The translations under genes and the position numbers were made by a program. Below, in pieces: positions 27,523 to 30,356 of a DNA stretch of 30,356 nucleotides. Below the pieces are notes generated by a model. That model saw only the letters and a list, made by a program, of their open reading frames with translations, made no database searches and was not told where the DNA came from. Position 1 is the stretch's first letter, and every line of letters begins with the position of its first letter. Where the stretch lies: contig CALDMQ010000063.1 of NCBI GenBank assembly GCA_937917505.1, positions 1-30,356 of the forward strand. The letters are read 5' to 3'. The stretch comes from an uncultured Erysipelotrichaceae bacterium. Its GTDB lineage: Bacteria > Bacillota_I > Bacilli_A > Erysipelotrichales > Coprobacillaceae.

Positions 27523-29839
27523 ATAATAATGCATGTTCAATGACCGTGTCAATGTGATCTGCTAAAACAATATCTAAATCTTTTTGTACAGATTCAGGAA
27601 TATCATCAATATCCTTTGCATTATCTTTAGGAATAATAATCTTTTTAATTCCACTACGATGTGCAGAAATTGATTTTTCTTTTAGTCCACCAATTGGTAA
27701 AACTTGTCCTCTTAAAGTAATTTCACCAGTCATCGCAATGTCATCACGTACAGGTCTTTCGCTAAATGCAGATAAGATTGCTGTTGTAAGAGTGACACCA
27801 GCACTTGGACCATCTTTCTTTACCGCTCCTTCAGGAACATGAATATGAATATCTTGTTTATCAAAAGCAACATTATCTAATCCATACTTTTCTCTATTTG
27901 CTTTCATATAGTCTAAAGCAATAGATGCTGATTCTTTCATAACATCGCCTAATTGCCCAGTAATAATAAACTTACCTGAACCTTCAAAATGATTTACTTC
28001 AATCGGTAAAATATCTCCACCGTACTGTGTATAGGCCATTCCTGTTACAACGCCAACTTGTGGTCTATCCATTTTCTTTGTATGTTCAAATGGTGCTTTG
28101 CCTAAATAATCTTCTAATTGATTAATTGTTAACGCAATTGATAATGATGAATCTTTTAAGATTTTAAGTACTGATTTACGACAAATTTGAGCGATTAAAC
28201 GTTCTAACTGTCTCACTCCAGCCTCTCTTGTATAATGACGAATAATATACATCATTGTCTCATCATCAATTGTTAATTGTTCTTGTTTTAAACCATGTTT
28301 TTCAAGTTCTTTTCTTAAAAGATGACGTTTTGCAATTTGTAGTTTTTCTTGTTCAGTATAAGAAGAAATTTCAATAACTTCTAAACGATCTCTTAAAGGA
28401 CCTGGAATACTTCCTAAGTCATTAGCTGTCGCAATAAATAAAACTTGTGATAAATCATAAGGTTCTTCTAAATAGTTATCAGAGAAGAATTGATTTTGTT
28501 CTGGATCTAAAACTTCAAGCATAGCACTTGTTGGATCGCCTTTATAATCACTAGACATTTTATCAATTTCATCTAATAAAAATACTGGATTAACAACTCC
28601 TGCTTTTTTCATACCTTGAATAATACGACCAGGCATTGAACCTAAATAAGTACGTCTATGCCCTCTAATTTCAGCCTCATCTTTCACACCACCTAACGAT
28701 GCTTTAACAAACTTTCTCCCTAATGCACGTGCAATAGATTTAGAAATAGATGTTTTCCCAACACCTGGAGGACCAACTAAACAAATAATTGGTGCATTTA
28801 AAGATTGTGTCATTTGTTTAACTGCTAAATGTTCCACAATTCTTTCTTTTGGTTTTTCTAAACCAAAATGATCTTCATCTAAAACTTGTTCTACACGTGT
28901 AATATCTTGTTCATCTTCTGTTGATTCATACCAAGGTGTTTTTAACACCCAGTCAATATAAGTACGAACAACATTCGCTTCAGATGATGATGCAGGCATC
29001 ATATCATAACGTCTTAATTCTTCTTCTAATTTCTCTTTCACATGTTTTGGATATGGTTTATTTTGAATTTCTTCACGAATATAATCACTATCATCTTCTT
29101 TATGAGGCGTATCCCCTAATTCTTCTTTGATAGCACGTAATTTTTCACGTAGATAGTATTCTTTTTGATTTTCATCAATACTTTCTTTAACTTTCATATT
29201 GATTTTTTCTTCAAGATCGTGAATAACTTTTTCTTCTTCCATACTCGCAAGAACTAGTAACAAACGTTTATTGACATCATTTTCAGCAAGTATCTTATGT
29301 CTGATTGGTAAATCAATTTGAATATATTGAGCAACAGAATCTGCAAGTTCACTTGCACTCATACCTTGACTTAATGAATTTGATATATTTCTAGGCATCA
29401 CAGTACCACGATTAAAAGATTGAATTTGCTCAGTTAATTTTCTAACTAATGCAACTTCTTCATTATGATCACCTTTTTGATCCTCTAAATATTTAACCTT
29501 ACCATACAAACAACCATCACGTTCTTCTAAAGATAAGAGTTCAATTCTCTTTTGACCTTTAACGGTTAATTTTATTGTTCCATGATTATCTCTTTTAATT
29601 CTTCTTTGAATTTTACATAAAGTCCCATAATGATAAACATGATCAAAATCAGTATATTCATCAAGAGGATTGATTTGTGAAATAAAAACAATATTTTCAT
29701 CATATTCATTTACACTTATATTCATAGCATTTAAGCTAAAACTTCTCCCTACATCTAAAGAGAGTTCGTGATTAGGAAATACAACCATTCCTCGCGTGCA
29801 TATAACAGGTAATTCAACGATGATATCTAATTCTTCCAT
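27521..29839 (-). CDS. lon: ATP-dependent protease La (Lon)
   Basis: Lon N-domain, Walker A GPPGVGKT, LLDEIDK, catalytic DGPSAG and PIGGLKEK. The ATG at 29839 has better SD spacing than the one at 29845. Confidence 0.97.
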   Translation of the reverse strand: MEELDIIVELPVICTRGMVVFPNHELSLDVGRSFSLNAMNISVNEYDENIVFISQINPLDEYTDFDHVYHYGTLCKIQRRIKRDNHGTIKLTVKGQKRIELLSLEERDGCLYGKVKYLEDQKGDHNEEVALVRKLTEQIQSFNRGTVMPRNISNSLSQGMSASELADSVAQYIQIDLPIRHKILAENDVNKRLLLVLASMEEEKVIHDLEEKINMKVKESIDENQKEYYLREKLRAIKEELGDTPHKEDDSDYIREEIQNKPYPKHVKEKLEEELRRYDMMPASSSEANVVRTYIDWVLKTPWYESTEDEQDITRVEQVLDEDHFGLEKPKERIVEHLAVKQMTQSLNAPIICLVGPPGVGKTSISKSIARALGRKFVKASLGGVKDEAEIRGHRRTYLGSMPGRIIQGMKKAGVVNPVFLLDEIDKMSSDYKGDPTSAMLEVLDPEQNQFFSDNYLEEPYDLSQVLFIATANDLGSIPGPLRDRLEVIEISSYTEQEKLQIAKRHLLRKELEKHGLKQEQLTIDDETMMYIIRHYTREAGVRQLERLIAQICRKSVLKILKDSSLSIALTINQLEDYLGKAPFEHTKKMDRPQVGVVTGMAYTQYGGDILPIEVNHFEGSGKFIITGQLGDVMKESASIALDYMKANREKYGLDNVAFDKQDIHIHVPEGAVKKDGPSAGVTLTTAILSAFSERPVRDDIAMTGEITLRGQVLPIGGLKEKSISAHRSGIKKIIIPKDNAKDIDDIPESVQKDLDIVLADHIDTVIEHALL

Positions 29840-29861
29840 ACGCATAACCTCCTTTGTATTG

Positions 29862-29890
29862 ATTATAATAGATTTATTCTATCTTGTCAT
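29862..29890 (-). promoter_or_regulatory. Putative sigmaA promoter of lon
   Basis: ATGACA (29890-29885), 17 bp spacer, TATAAT (29867-29862). Confidence 0.6.
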
Positions 29891-29903
29891 TTCATAAGAC
29901 TTA

Positions 29904-29930
29904 TAAAAACAAGACGCATTAAGCGTCTTA
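29904..29930 (-). terminator. Intrinsic terminator after tig
   Basis: Minus strand AAGACGC-TTAAT-GCGTCTT followed by GTTTTT. Confidence 0.65.
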
Positions 29931-30356
29931 TTTGATATTGTCTTTGACTAATTGAAGTGCTTTTCTTGAAGCTAAGTCACCTTTGATTTGAATCATTTGA
30001 GATTCAAATAATTTCTTAACTTCATCAAATTCACGTCCATAATAAGTCGCAATTTCTTTGATTTCTGCATCTACTTCTTCGTCAGTAACTTCGATATTTT
30101 CAGCTTTTACAATTTCAGAAAGAATTAAGTTGAATTTAACTCTCTTTTCAGCTTGTTCTCTCATTTCATCTTTCATATCATCTGCAGTTTTGCCAGTAAA
30201 TTGTTGGAATAATTCTAAAGTTAAACCTTGTTGAGATAAGTTTTGTTCAACATCTCTCATCATGTTATCTAATTCATTTTCAACCATAACAGCTGGTACA
30301 TTTAAAGGTGTGCTTTCTACAACTGCATTGAAAACATCATCATTGAATTTATTATC
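29928..30356 (-). CDS. tig: Trigger factor, C-terminal part (5' end lies outside the window)
   Basis: The frame is open to the window edge (DNKFNDDVFNAVVESTPLNVPAVMVENE...). Contains QQGLTLE.F, AEKRVK..LIL and E.IEVTDEEV patterns; tig-lon-engB synteny. Confidence 0.92.
   Translation of the reverse strand, partial: DNKFNDDVFNAVVESTPLNVPAVMVENELDNMMRDVEQNLSQQGLTLELFQQFTGKTADDMKDEMREQAEKRVKFNLILSEIVKAENIEVTDEEVDAEIKEIATYYGREFDEVKKLFESQMIQIKGDLASRKALQLVKDNIK

Overview
AT-rich, gene-dense core-genome segment from a low-GC Firmicute, most consistent with an endospore-forming Erysipelotrichales/Coprobacillaceae-like organism (inferred from gene content and protein style). Every credible gene lies on the minus strand. 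In transcription order: tig (partial), lon, engB, an orphan PTS EIIB, spoVID-like, ysxE-like, a Val T-box, a membrane-anchored DUF4375-like ORF, valS, an unannotated 54-aa double-glycine-leader peptide, a SPOR-like membrane protein, radC, mreCD, minCD, spoIVFA/B-like, rpsB, tsf, pyrH, frr, uppS, cdsA, dxr, rseP, polC, rimP, nusA, ylxR, ylxQ and infB. I found no mobile element, CRISPR array, rRNA or tRNA. Three leads stand out. (1) A small bacteriocin- or pheromone-like GG-leader peptide at 21064-21228, missed by the ORF track. (2) A long inverted repeat just downstream that covers the SD and start codon of the SPOR-like gene and overlaps a sigmaE-like promoter. (3) A valine T-box whose first controlled gene is an uncharacterised membrane protein rather than valS. 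Four lesions fall in normally essential genes: a 29-nt insertion and an in-frame TAG in polC, a probable 7-nt deletion in valS and an apparent loss of the transmembrane helix of MreC. These are most simply explained as assembly or sequencing errors. I see no convincing evidence for a large novel multi-gene system.
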